The translations under genes and the position numbers were made by a program. 64,000 nt of DNA from a virus: IMG/VR virus record IMGVR_UViG_3300042566_001780, positions 129,190 to 193,189 of that record; one strand, written 5' to 3'. This document shows, piece by piece, positions 8,771-17,385 of this stretch (the stretch's first letter is position 1; each line of letters starts with the position of its first letter). The notes under the pieces are model-generated. The model searched no databases. It saw nothing but the letters and a program-made list of their open reading frames with translations, and was not told where the DNA came from.

Positions 8771-10066
8771 ATGAACCACATAGTTGTTGGCTCTGGCTAC
8801 GGTGATGAAGGCAAAGGATTGATGACCGATTATTTGGTCCGTCAATCCAATGCTAAAAACGTCGTTCGGTTTAATGGTGGTGCTCAAGCGGGCCATACTG
8901 TCCAAACTGATCATCGCCGTTATGTATTTGGACACTTGTCTGCAGGTACGTTTGCCGGAGCCAACACTATTCTGACTCGAGATTTCCTAATCAATCCTCG
9001 TGCATTGGTCAAGGAAATCCAGGATATGGAGGGCATTGGCCCCTCTTGTTATCCTGAAATCAAAGCGCATCGTAGTTGCCGAGTTACAACCATTTTCGAT
9101 ATTGCTATCAATGCAGTGTTGGAAATTTCTCGTGGATCTAGTGCTCACGGCTCTTGCGGGATGGGTATCAATGAGACTGTAGTTCGAAATGATAACCCGC
9201 TGCTTTTTGGAACTCGTTTGTATGATGTCAAGCAAATGAGTGTCAAACAACTTGCAGAAAAACTGAAAACCATTCATGATAAATGGGTACCAATTCGCCT
9301 GAAAGAGCATGGCATTACGATTGGTTCACTCGAGAGCATGAATGACAATTTTGCAAATATTCTTTGCAAAGAAATCAACTACATCCAAGAAGCACGGTTG
9401 ATGCTTGATGCATTGTCTGAAATTTCATATGATGATCAATCTGCGCTGATCGGTAATACGGTTTTTGAGGGTGCTCAGGGTCTTGGGCTTGACGAAGAAT
9501 TTGGACATTTTCCACATGTGACCCGGTCAAAAACTGGATCTGTGTGGGCATTCGATTATTTGGATGATTATTTCTTTGGTCAATATGTAGGCAGCTTGGT
9601 TTACGGACGATCTGGCACGTATTGGCTTGAAAATGTAGAAGTAGTATATGTCACCAGGGCGTATGCTACTCGTCACGGTAATGGACCGCTGTCTGAAGCT
9701 GGTGGAAATATTGGTGATGGGTCAAATGTTTATGATTTGACTAACAAACCAAATCCATTTCAAGGATCACTTCGATTTGCTCCATTGAATTTGCAATTAC
9801 TTCGAGATAACATTCAAAAAGATATTGCTCGAACTGATAGAAGTTTGCGGAAAAATGGAAACGCTCCACAACACACATACCAGAAAGTGATTGCACTCAC
9901 CTGTATGGATCAACTTGGCAATTATGTCAATGTGATTGATGTTAACGGTGTTATTCGCCCAGTCCTCTCGTCTGATCTTCCACAAATGATTGAGGAACAG
10001 GTTGGACTTAGAGTAAAATACATTAGTCATGGGCCAAAAGCCTCTGACATCAAAAAAGTTTTCTAA
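8771..10066 (+). CDS. adenylosuccinate synthetase (PurA)-family enzyme (PurA-like or PurZ-like)
   Basis: GSGYGDEGKG P-loop, RFNGGAQAGHTV, FEGAQGLGLD, all collinear with PurA motifs GDEGKGK / GGHNAGHT / FEGAQGTLLD; start moved to ATG 8771 after upstream stop. Confidence 0.75.
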   Translation: MNHIVVGSGYGDEGKGLMTDYLVRQSNAKNVVRFNGGAQAGHTVQTDHRRYVFGHLSAGTFAGANTILTRDFLINPRALVKEIQDMEGIGPSCYPEIKAHRSCRVTTIFDIAINAVLEISRGSSAHGSCGMGINETVVRNDNPLLFGTRLYDVKQMSVKQLAEKLKTIHDKWVPIRLKEHGITIGSLESMNDNFANILCKEINYIQEARLMLDALSEISYDDQSALIGNTVFEGAQGLGLDEEFGHFPHVTRSKTGSVWAFDYLDDYFFGQYVGSLVYGRSGTYWLENVEVVYVTRAYATRHGNGPLSEAGGNIGDGSNVYDLTNKPNPFQGSLRFAPLNLQLLRDNIQKDIARTDRSLRKNGNAPQHTYQKVIALTCMDQLGNYVNVIDVNGVIRPVLSSDLPQMIEEQVGLRVKYISHGPKASDIKKVF

Positions 10067-10156
10067 CAGGCTTAGGGACTCTTGCCTTTTCAAAAAGAGT
10101 CTCACCCGCAAAGATCGATAGACGATCTCTTGCAATCATGATCAAGGAGCTTAATC

Positions 10157-11548
10157 ATGGAACAACTTAGCTACAACCCTATCCTCGACGTCGATTCGTA
10201 CAAAGCTGCACACCAGTTTTCGTACCCAAAGAACGTCACCGGCATGTTCTCTTATATTGAGGCACGCACCAAGAATGATGTGATGATTCCGTTTGGACTG
10301 TCGATGTTCTTGCAAAAGTACATGTCAATCCAAATAACGAAGGCTTATATCGATGAAGCTGAAGAATTCTTCAAGCTGCACGGTGAACCATTTTCTCGTG
10401 AACCCTGGGAGCACATTGTCAACGAATATGACGGCTTTATGCCTCTCACTATTCGTGCAGTACCTGAAGGAACTCCGGTGAAAAGCTCTAATGCAATTGT
10501 CACTGTTCAATGTGATGATCCTGCAGTGCACTGGCTGTCTTCTTACGTCGAAACCAAAATCCAACGCGCAATTTGGTATCCTACTACGATTGCTTCAATG
10601 GACTATGCAATCAAGCGGGTCTTTAAGGAATTCTATGAAGCTACTGGGGCAGATATGAATTTGCTCCCGTTTGCCCTCCATGATTTTGGTGCGCGTGGTG
10701 TCGCAAGCTACGAGCAATCTGAAATTGGCGGTGCAGCACACATGGTCAACTTCATGGGTTCTGACACCGTGGCAGGTATTCGTGCTGCAAACTTCTATTA
10801 CAGTGAGCAAATGGCCGGGTTTTCTGTGCCGGCTACTGAGCACAGTGTGGAATGCTCGTTTGGTGAAGAAAATGAAATCGGTTATCTGGAACACGTCATT
10901 GACAATCTGGCCAAGCCTGGTGGTATTGTGTCTATTGTGATTGACGGCTATGATGTTTATCGTGCTGCGCAAACTCTTTGCACTACGCTGAAAGACAAGA
11001 TCATTGCAAGCGGCGTCAAGGTCGTATTCCGCCCTGATAGTGGGGATATGCAAGTGGTGGTGCCTCGTATCCTTGAATTGCAGGCCGCTACTTTTGGTTA
11101 TGAAGTCAATGAAAAAGGCTTCAAGAAGATTAAATACGTTGGCATTATCCAAGGTGATGGCGTTGATCACTTGTCCATTCGTTCGCTGCTTGGCAAAATG
11201 AAGGTGATGGGTTTCTCTGCTGATAACGTGGTTTTTGGATCTGGTGGTGCACTGCTCCAAAAGGTCAATCGAGACGTTTTCAAATTCGCCCAAAAAGCTT
11301 CTGCTGTTCGGATTGATGGGAAGTGGGTCGGTATCAGTAAAAATCCAATCACCGATCCCGGAAAGCGAAGCAAGGAAGGCGTTTTGACTCTTGTTAAGAG
11401 TCGACTGACTGGTGAATACTCTACGGCTCGAATTGATGATAAGCGTCTTGATTCTGAGTTTGAAGACCAAATGGAACTTGTCTACTACAATGGCAAGATC
11501 ATGAATTCTCCAACTTTGTCTGAAATTCGAGAACGCTGCAAGCTGTAA
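10157..11548 (+). CDS. nadV: nicotinamide phosphoribosyltransferase (NAMPT/NadV)
   Basis: N-terminal NPILDVDSYKAAHQ signature, 463 aa, RBS aaggagc. Confidence 0.85.
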   Translation: MEQLSYNPILDVDSYKAAHQFSYPKNVTGMFSYIEARTKNDVMIPFGLSMFLQKYMSIQITKAYIDEAEEFFKLHGEPFSREPWEHIVNEYDGFMPLTIRAVPEGTPVKSSNAIVTVQCDDPAVHWLSSYVETKIQRAIWYPTTIASMDYAIKRVFKEFYEATGADMNLLPFALHDFGARGVASYEQSEIGGAAHMVNFMGSDTVAGIRAANFYYSEQMAGFSVPATEHSVECSFGEENEIGYLEHVIDNLAKPGGIVSIVIDGYDVYRAAQTLCTTLKDKIIASGVKVVFRPDSGDMQVVVPRILELQAATFGYEVNEKGFKKIKYVGIIQGDGVDHLSIRSLLGKMKVMGFSADNVVFGSGGALLQKVNRDVFKFAQKASAVRIDGKWVGISKNPITDPGKRSKEGVLTLVKSRLTGEYSTARIDDKRLDSEFEDQMELVYYNGKIMNSPTLSEIRERCKL

Positions 11549-11552
11549 ACGT

Positions 11553-11580
11553 ATGGGGACCTAAAAGGTCCCCATAATAG
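11553..11580 (+). terminator. hairpin atggggacc/ggtccccat after nadV
   Basis: 9-bp stem, weak T tract. Confidence 0.4.
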
Positions 11581-11624
11581 TTTCTAATGCCTGCAAAATT
11601 TGAACACCTCTGGGATGTCCCGAA

Positions 11625-12236
11625 ATGACCGAAATTAACTTAGATAACTCCCCACTGCAATTCATTGTTACTACTTTAGACGAAGAAGATCGACCCAAAA
11701 TTGAATCTCATTTACTACGTCTTTCTAAAGAAGATCGCTATTTGCGATTTTTTGCTGCACTTGGTGATTCCCAAATCAAACACTACGCTTCAACTATTGA
11801 CCTGAAAAAGGGGAAGGCTTTCGGCATCATTACCCTGCCAGATCGCAAGCTGGTTGCATTAGCTCATGTATCTGAGATTGAAAAATCTGATCATAGAGTC
11901 ATTGCAGAAATGGGCGTCTCAGTTGATGCCGATGTTCGAGTTCAAGGCCTTGGAAAAAGACTGATGGATCGCACGGTGACTTACTGCCAAACCCATGGAA
12001 TCAACACACTGTTTATGTCATGCTTGCGCGAGAACAAAGTCATGCAAAAGCTGGCAAAAGATTTTGATTTGCGGATTGTGCTTGACGCTGGAGAGGCCAT
12101 GGCAGAACTTGATTTGGATCCACTGGACAAAATGAAAGCCATGCCGAAAGAAATGCTATACCAGCAAATTTCTTTGTTTGACAAAGCATTCAAGCACAAC
12201 AAAATGTTGATCGATGCCGTTTTTAGTGTACAATAA
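11625..12236 (+). CDS. GNAT-family N-acetyltransferase
   Basis: RVQGLGKRLM motif A (Q/RxxGxG/A). Confidence 0.55.
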   Translation: MTEINLDNSPLQFIVTTLDEEDRPKIESHLLRLSKEDRYLRFFAALGDSQIKHYASTIDLKKGKAFGIITLPDRKLVALAHVSEIEKSDHRVIAEMGVSVDADVRVQGLGKRLMDRTVTYCQTHGINTLFMSCLRENKVMQKLAKDFDLRIVLDAGEAMAELDLDPLDKMKAMPKEMLYQQISLFDKAFKHNKMLIDAVFSVQ

Positions 12237-12268
12237 CATTAACAAAACAAATTTTTGAAAGTCCCCAA

Positions 12269-12709
12269 ATGTTCAAATCTGCTATCTTGGCTTCTGCAAT
12301 TCTTGCACTTTCTGCAAGTAGCATGGCTTCCAGCGACTCTGGAGATTGGGAACTCTTGGCAAAAGGCACAGATCGCACTTACACCGTTTTGACTGAAAGC
12401 ATTCAAATTGACATCACTAACCAAAGTGCTCAATTTGCAATGAAGGTTGAATATACACCGCCGGTCAAGTTGAGTAAGAAGCCAGGTGATGTACTTGTTA
12501 CCTCTGTTGAGACTACATTGGTGTTGTGTGATGCTGATAAAGTCATTTCAATGACTCGACTGGGCATGAATCAGAAGGGTGAATACGTGGTTGATGATAA
12601 TTATGCCATGGTTTATTCCAAGACGAAAGCGCCAAACATGGTCATTACACACATTTACAATTTTGCATGTGAAAAAGTTTCGAAGCATGTGAAAAAGAAG
12701 ACGATTTAG
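12269..12709 (+). CDS. secreted hypothetical protein (signal peptide)
   Basis: MFKSAILASAILALSASSMA signal. Confidence 0.5.
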   Translation: MFKSAILASAILALSASSMASSDSGDWELLAKGTDRTYTVLTESIQIDITNQSAQFAMKVEYTPPVKLSKKPGDVLVTSVETTLVLCDADKVISMTRLGMNQKGEYVVDDNYAMVYSKTKAPNMVITHIYNFACEKVSKHVKKKTI

Positions 12710-12726
12710 TGATAGAATTCATTTAA

Positions 12727-12803
12727 CGCCACTTAGCTCAGTTGGTCAGAGCAAGAGCTTCTAACACTCCAGGTCGCGGGTTCGAGCCCCGCAGTGGCGA
12801 CCA
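12727..12803 (+). tRNA. solitary tRNA-like gene, anticodon loop reads uuCUAac (possible CUA amber-suppressor) with weak anticodon stem; encoded CCA
   Basis: 7-bp acceptor cgccact/agtggcg, D arm gctc-agttggtca-gagc, T arm gcggg-ttcgagc-cccgc, CCA end; anticodon stem agagc/actcc has only 3 pairs. Confidence 0.55.
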
Positions 12804-12833
12804 GTTTTTCTCCTCGTTTAAGGATTTTTAAAA

Positions 12834-14828
12834 ATGTCTGATTTCAAGTTTTTTGCTACCAAAGTTTTTGACAAGTTTACTGAAATGTCGAAGGGTGAAC
12901 TGTTCACCGTCGATATTGATGGTGACAACCTGTACGCCCATTACATCAGCTCTTTCCCTGATGGCACTAATCCGATCTTCAAGACTCGGACAGAGCATGA
13001 GTGCTCTACCTGCAAGAACTTCATTCGCAATCTGGGTCTTGTTGTTTCCATCTCTGGTGGCAAACTGGATTCTGTTTGGAATGTGAAGGGTCTGCAAAGT
13101 CCCTACAAAGAAGTGGCTGCTGCACTTCATCAATATGTGGTGGTGAATAATGTCAAGACCATCTTCCGCTCTACAGAACGTTCGTATGGTGTTGCCGAAT
13201 CCAAGCAATTGATTGACAACAACATTCATCGTTGGAATCACCTACACGGTGTTGTGGCTGCAAAGCATTATGCCAAAGCAAATGCTGCAACTCAAATTGG
13301 CGAGTTCAATGCCCATATTCAGGTATTTTCTCGTGGGCTGGAAGAATTTACGAAAGACTCGATTGATTCTGTTCTGGATCTGATTGCCAGCAAGTCCATT
13401 TATCGCGGTGAAGAGCATAAGCCGGCTGTCGATGCGTTCAAGAAGCTGTTTGATGCTTATCACAAGCTGAAGACTGCCAAAGAGAAGAACATTTTCGTCA
13501 TGGAAAATGCAAATACCTTTGGTGCTCGTATTCGTAACACTGTGATTGGCACCCTGATTCAAGATCTGTCGGCTGGTGAAGACTTGGAAAAGGCAGTTCG
13601 CTCGTTTGAAACGAAGGTTTCACCTACCAACTACAAGCGCACTACGGCTCTCATTACACCCCGAATGATTCAAGATGCAATGAAGACTATCGGTGAACTT
13701 GGTCTTGAGTCTGCGCTGGAACGTCGTCTGGCAAACATCTCGGATGTTAGTGTCAATAACGTTCTGTGGGTGGATAATGCTGTCAAGCCCATGATGAAGG
13801 GCGGTATTGAAGGCTTGTTGATGGAGGCAACTTCGAGCAAGGATGCTGCTATTAGCTTCAAGAATCCGGTCAATATCGGGATTGAAGAGTTTATGGCTGA
13901 TATTCTGCCAAGCGCTTCTGAAATCAACATGTGCGTGAAGAATGAGCATCTGGCAAATTTTGCTACGCTCACTGCTCCTGTTCATGCTGATTCTGAAAAA
14001 CTGTTTAAGTGGAACAATGCGTTTGGTTGGTCGTATGATGGCAACATCACTGATACCATTCGTGAACGAGTGAAGGCTGCTGGTGGTAACGTTGATGCTA
14101 AGCTTCGATTTAGCCTGTCGTGGTTCAACTACGATGATCTGGACATCTATGTGACTGAACCTAACGGTCGAGAAATTTATTTCTGCAACAAGGATGGAAA
14201 ACTTGATGTTGACATGAATGCTGGTGGTGGTCGCAGCCGTACCCCGGTTGAGAACGTCAGTTTCAAGAATCCTCAAGATGGAGTTTACGTTGTCAAGGTG
14301 AATCAGTATTCTCGTCGTGAAACTACAAATGTTGGTTTTGTGATTGAAGCAGCCTCGGGTTCTGGTACTAATCAGTACTCGTACAATAAGGCAGTTTCTG
14401 GCAAAATTAATGTTGGTAGCTTTACCGTGAAGAACGGTGTCATTGTTGATGTCAAGATGGGTGCTGGAATTTCTGGTACTGGAATCTCCGAAACTAAATG
14501 GGGTGTCAAGACTGAGAGCCCGGTGAAAGTGAAGACTGTTATGTTTAGCCCCAACTATTGGGATGACAATAAGGTCGGTAACAAGCATTGGTTCTTTATC
14601 TTGGAAGGTTGCAAAACTGACCAAGCAGCCCGAGGGATTTATAATGAATTCCTTGACGCGCGACTTGAAAAGCACCGCAAAGTGTTTGAAGTCCTGGGTG
14701 ACAAGACAAAGTGTCCAGCTATTGATGATCAATTGAGTGGTTTGGGTTTCTCTTCTACTCGAAAAGATCAAGTTTTGGTTAGTGTGAAACTCGGTAAATC
14801 GACAAAAGTGTTTAATATCAATTTTTAA
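12834..14828 (+). CDS. large hypothetical protein (664 aa) with C-terminal beta-sandwich region resembling the DUF2135/YfaP-type domain
   Basis: C-terminal LDIYVTEPNGREIYFCNKDG...PVENVSF...GVYVVKVNQYSRRE pattern (from memory of the family logo; weak). Confidence 0.55.
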   Translation: MSDFKFFATKVFDKFTEMSKGELFTVDIDGDNLYAHYISSFPDGTNPIFKTRTEHECSTCKNFIRNLGLVVSISGGKLDSVWNVKGLQSPYKEVAAALHQYVVVNNVKTIFRSTERSYGVAESKQLIDNNIHRWNHLHGVVAAKHYAKANAATQIGEFNAHIQVFSRGLEEFTKDSIDSVLDLIASKSIYRGEEHKPAVDAFKKLFDAYHKLKTAKEKNIFVMENANTFGARIRNTVIGTLIQDLSAGEDLEKAVRSFETKVSPTNYKRTTALITPRMIQDAMKTIGELGLESALERRLANISDVSVNNVLWVDNAVKPMMKGGIEGLLMEATSSKDAAISFKNPVNIGIEEFMADILPSASEINMCVKNEHLANFATLTAPVHADSEKLFKWNNAFGWSYDGNITDTIRERVKAAGGNVDAKLRFSLSWFNYDDLDIYVTEPNGREIYFCNKDGKLDVDMNAGGGRSRTPVENVSFKNPQDGVYVVKVNQYSRRETTNVGFVIEAASGSGTNQYSYNKAVSGKINVGSFTVKNGVIVDVKMGAGISGTGISETKWGVKTESPVKVKTVMFSPNYWDDNKVGNKHWFFILEGCKTDQAARGIYNEFLDARLEKHRKVFEVLGDKTKCPAIDDQLSGLGFSSTRKDQVLVSVKLGKSTKVFNINF

Positions 14829-14835
14829 AAGGTGA

Positions 14836-15258
14836 ATGAAAATGACTGCAAATATCTTTATGCAAGCTTCCCGCATGAAACTGCGTTTCCCCTCTAACAA
14901 GGGTGATCTAACTGTGGAACAACTGTGGGATCTTCCGCTGTCTTCCAAGACGGCTTTTGATCTGGATACCATTGCCCGTGCAGTGTATACTCAGATGAAT
15001 GCTGTGTCGGAACCGAGTTTTGTGGCAGTTCGTTCCAATCCCGTCAAGGAAAAGCTGGAATTGTCTCTGGAAATCGTGAAGCACATCATCTCGGTGAAGA
15101 TGGCTGAAAATGAAGTGGCCGCAAAGCGTGCCGCAGCTCGAGTGGAACGTGATCGACTGATGTCTATCCTGGCAGATAAGCAGGATGCAGAAACCCGATC
15201 GCTGTCTGTGGATGAAATCCGCAAGCGCCTCGCGGATCTGGATGCAGAAACTGCTTAA
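14836..15258 (+). CDS. hypothetical protein (140 aa)
   Basis: ORF with aaggtga RBS. Confidence 0.5.
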   Translation: MKMTANIFMQASRMKLRFPSNKGDLTVEQLWDLPLSSKTAFDLDTIARAVYTQMNAVSEPSFVAVRSNPVKEKLELSLEIVKHIISVKMAENEVAAKRAAARVERDRLMSILADKQDAETRSLSVDEIRKRLADLDAETA

Positions 15259-15273
15259 TTGAAAACGTAAATA

Positions 15274-15298
15274 GGATAGGGAATTGTTCCCTATCCTA
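15274..15298 (+). terminator. hairpin aggatagggaa/ttccctatcct
   Basis: 11-bp perfect stem after stop; no strong T-run. Confidence 0.35.
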
Positions 15299-15415
15299 TT
15301 ACCACTAATGGAGAAAATCATGAAATCGTAGATCAACCAAAAATTCTATCTGTACTCTATCTCTCGCTGTGATATCCCAATCGCACATCGCGCCATTCAG
15401 GCAACACACTCCGCG

Positions 15416-15658
15416 ATGGAGTATTGTTACCAATTTGGCCGCTCTCCGGATTTTCATCCGTCTTTCATTCATCTAACTGCAAAAGACAAAGATGCTCTAC
15501 TTGAGCTAAAGTCTAAGCTGAATGCATCTGGCATTCAGACTGCAGAATTTCACGAACCGTACAGTGACTGGGGGCTGACCTCAATTTCATGTTGTCTTTC
15601 TGAAGATCAGCGTGGAATGTTGTCGCATCTCAAACTTTGGTCCATTAAGGAGAAATGA
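15416..15658 (+). CDS. hypothetical protein (80 aa)
   Basis: ORF only. Confidence 0.3.
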   Translation: MEYCYQFGRSPDFHPSFIHLTAKDKDALLELKSKLNASGIQTAEFHEPYSDWGLTSISCCLSEDQRGMLSHLKLWSIKEK

Positions 15659-15729
15659 GCATGACGACGTAGATTCCTACTGTTGAAGAAGCAATTGAGA
15701 AATCTAGTGAGGGTTTTCAGTTTGCTACG

Positions 15730-16242
15730 GTGTCATTCTTGAGGCACGGTGAGCTTGTTGCTGAAAGGTTTGAGGACCTTATGTCTTTGGAAAGAAAACA
15801 CCCCTGGGCCTCACCGGGATGGTTCTCGAGTCATTTTGAAGACATTCGATCTAAGCTATTACCACAAATGGACATGATCAAGACCTATCAAAAATTTCAC
15901 GACATTGGAAAACCATTCTGTAAAGTGGTTGATGAAAATGGAAAAGCTCATTATCCCAATCATGCAAAAATTTCAGCACAAATCTGGAACACATCTGGTC
16001 GATGTCCTATCATTGGAGAATTGATTGCCCGTGATATGGAATTTCATCTCTTGAAACCTAGTGAAATTGATGAAAACTATCCCATTGATTCGCTAAGCTT
16101 GATTTTGATGGTGACTGCGTTATGTGAACTTTATGCAAATGCAGAAATGTTTGATGGACTTGAGTCTGATAGCTTCAAGATTAAATGGAAGCGATTGGAC
16201 AAAATTGGGAGCAAACTAATTAGTAGGATGTTGAATCTGTGA
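15730..16242 (+). CDS. small HD-domain-like protein
   Basis: KFHDIGKPF motif. Confidence 0.4.
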   Translation: MSFLRHGELVAERFEDLMSLERKHPWASPGWFSSHFEDIRSKLLPQMDMIKTYQKFHDIGKPFCKVVDENGKAHYPNHAKISAQIWNTSGRCPIIGELIARDMEFHLLKPSEIDENYPIDSLSLILMVTALCELYANAEMFDGLESDSFKIKWKRLDKIGSKLISRMLNL

Positions 16243-16255
16243 CCCAGTAGAATTG

Positions 16256-16262
16256 CTAAATA
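16256..16262 (+). promoter_or_regulatory. CTAAATA late-promoter-like motif upstream of 16292 gene
   Basis: gctaaatag 30 nt upstream of ATG; same motif recurs before other structural genes. Confidence 0.4.
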
Positions 16263-16291
16263 GCTTATTAGTTTACAAGTAAAAAGCAATT

Positions 16292-17377
16292 ATGTCAGGT
16301 TCACCCTTTTTAGATCAGCTTCAAGAAAACGTAAGAAATTACGTTGAGCGCACCAGCGGAAATGGATCTAGAACTTTGGGAGTCGAAGACATAATTGCTT
16401 CATCATTAGCACGAGTAAAACCTGCATCTTCGAATGTAGTAGATACTAATGTGCCGGGGTATCCGCCAACCCCAACCGGTTTTACTGTTTCAGCAGAATC
16501 TTCCTACATTGTTGTATCACATGATCAACCGATTTATACTTTGGGTGGCGGGCACTCTCTAACTAGAGTGTATGGTAAATTAAAAGTAGATTCTCAAATA
16601 CCAGTTTTTGCTGACGCTGAAGAAATAGGTCAATTTACCGGATATATTTGGCTGATGCCGGCCAGCCCAAATGAAATTTGGCATTTGTGGATAAAGTGGG
16701 AAGCCATAAATGAGAATATCAGTAATACTCCTGCTGGTGGAGATAATGGATTAGTCGCTACTACAAGTAAGGTAGATGCTGCCAGTATCGATACCCGTGG
16801 CTTAGACATTAAAGATGACTCTGGAAATACTATTTTTTCTCCGACTGGAGAAATTTCCAATCAAGCTTTCTTGAATGTTAATGGAAATAACATTCTTTTG
16901 TCTGATATTGCATCAGGTAGTCTGATACCGGCATTAAGCTATGTTGGAGATTTTGCTACACCACCAACTGAAGGTACCCTGGGTGGTGATTGGCGACAAA
17001 ATGCAGTCTATAAAAACCCAACTGATGGAAAATCATATGTGTTAACCGGTTCTCCGTTAGCTTGGGTAGAATATTTGGTCGACGGCCAATCATTCTATTT
17101 GACAATAGAATCTACTAATGGAACATCCTTTAGAGTTGGCCAGAATATAAATACAACATTGAAGGCACGATTATTTAAAAATGGTGCTGAAGTTACAAAT
17201 GAAACCCCGGAAAGTTGGTTCTTTTGGCGCCGATTATCTGGAATACCCCAACAACCACCTAATGACGATGCAACATGGAATGCCCTGTACGCTGGCGGAT
17301 ATAAACAAGTGACAATTAATGTCGATGATGTTTATGCTCGTGCTACATTTTTCTGTGACATCATAAGTAATTACTAA
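16292..17377 (+). CDS. structural / tail-fibre-associated protein
   Basis: Position directly upstream of fibre genes; Thr/Ser/Gly-rich beta-type composition. Confidence 0.45.
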   Translation: MSGSPFLDQLQENVRNYVERTSGNGSRTLGVEDIIASSLARVKPASSNVVDTNVPGYPPTPTGFTVSAESSYIVVSHDQPIYTLGGGHSLTRVYGKLKVDSQIPVFADAEEIGQFTGYIWLMPASPNEIWHLWIKWEAINENISNTPAGGDNGLVATTSKVDAASIDTRGLDIKDDSGNTIFSPTGEISNQAFLNVNGNNILLSDIASGSLIPALSYVGDFATPPTEGTLGGDWRQNAVYKNPTDGKSYVLTGSPLAWVEYLVDGQSFYLTIESTNGTSFRVGQNINTTLKARLFKNGAEVTNETPESWFFWRRLSGIPQQPPNDDATWNALYAGGYKQVTINVDDVYARATFFCDIISNY

Positions 17378-17385
17378 GGAAAATC

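Noticed and set aside
7834-8781. Minus-strand ORF 7834..8781 (315 aa)
   Set aside because: Antisense to the vWA-like gene; no RBS; composition typical of a shadow ORF.
10595-14972. Minus-strand ORFs 10595..11470 and 13620..14972
   Set aside because: Shadow ORFs opposite nadV and the 664-aa gene; no motifs, no start context.
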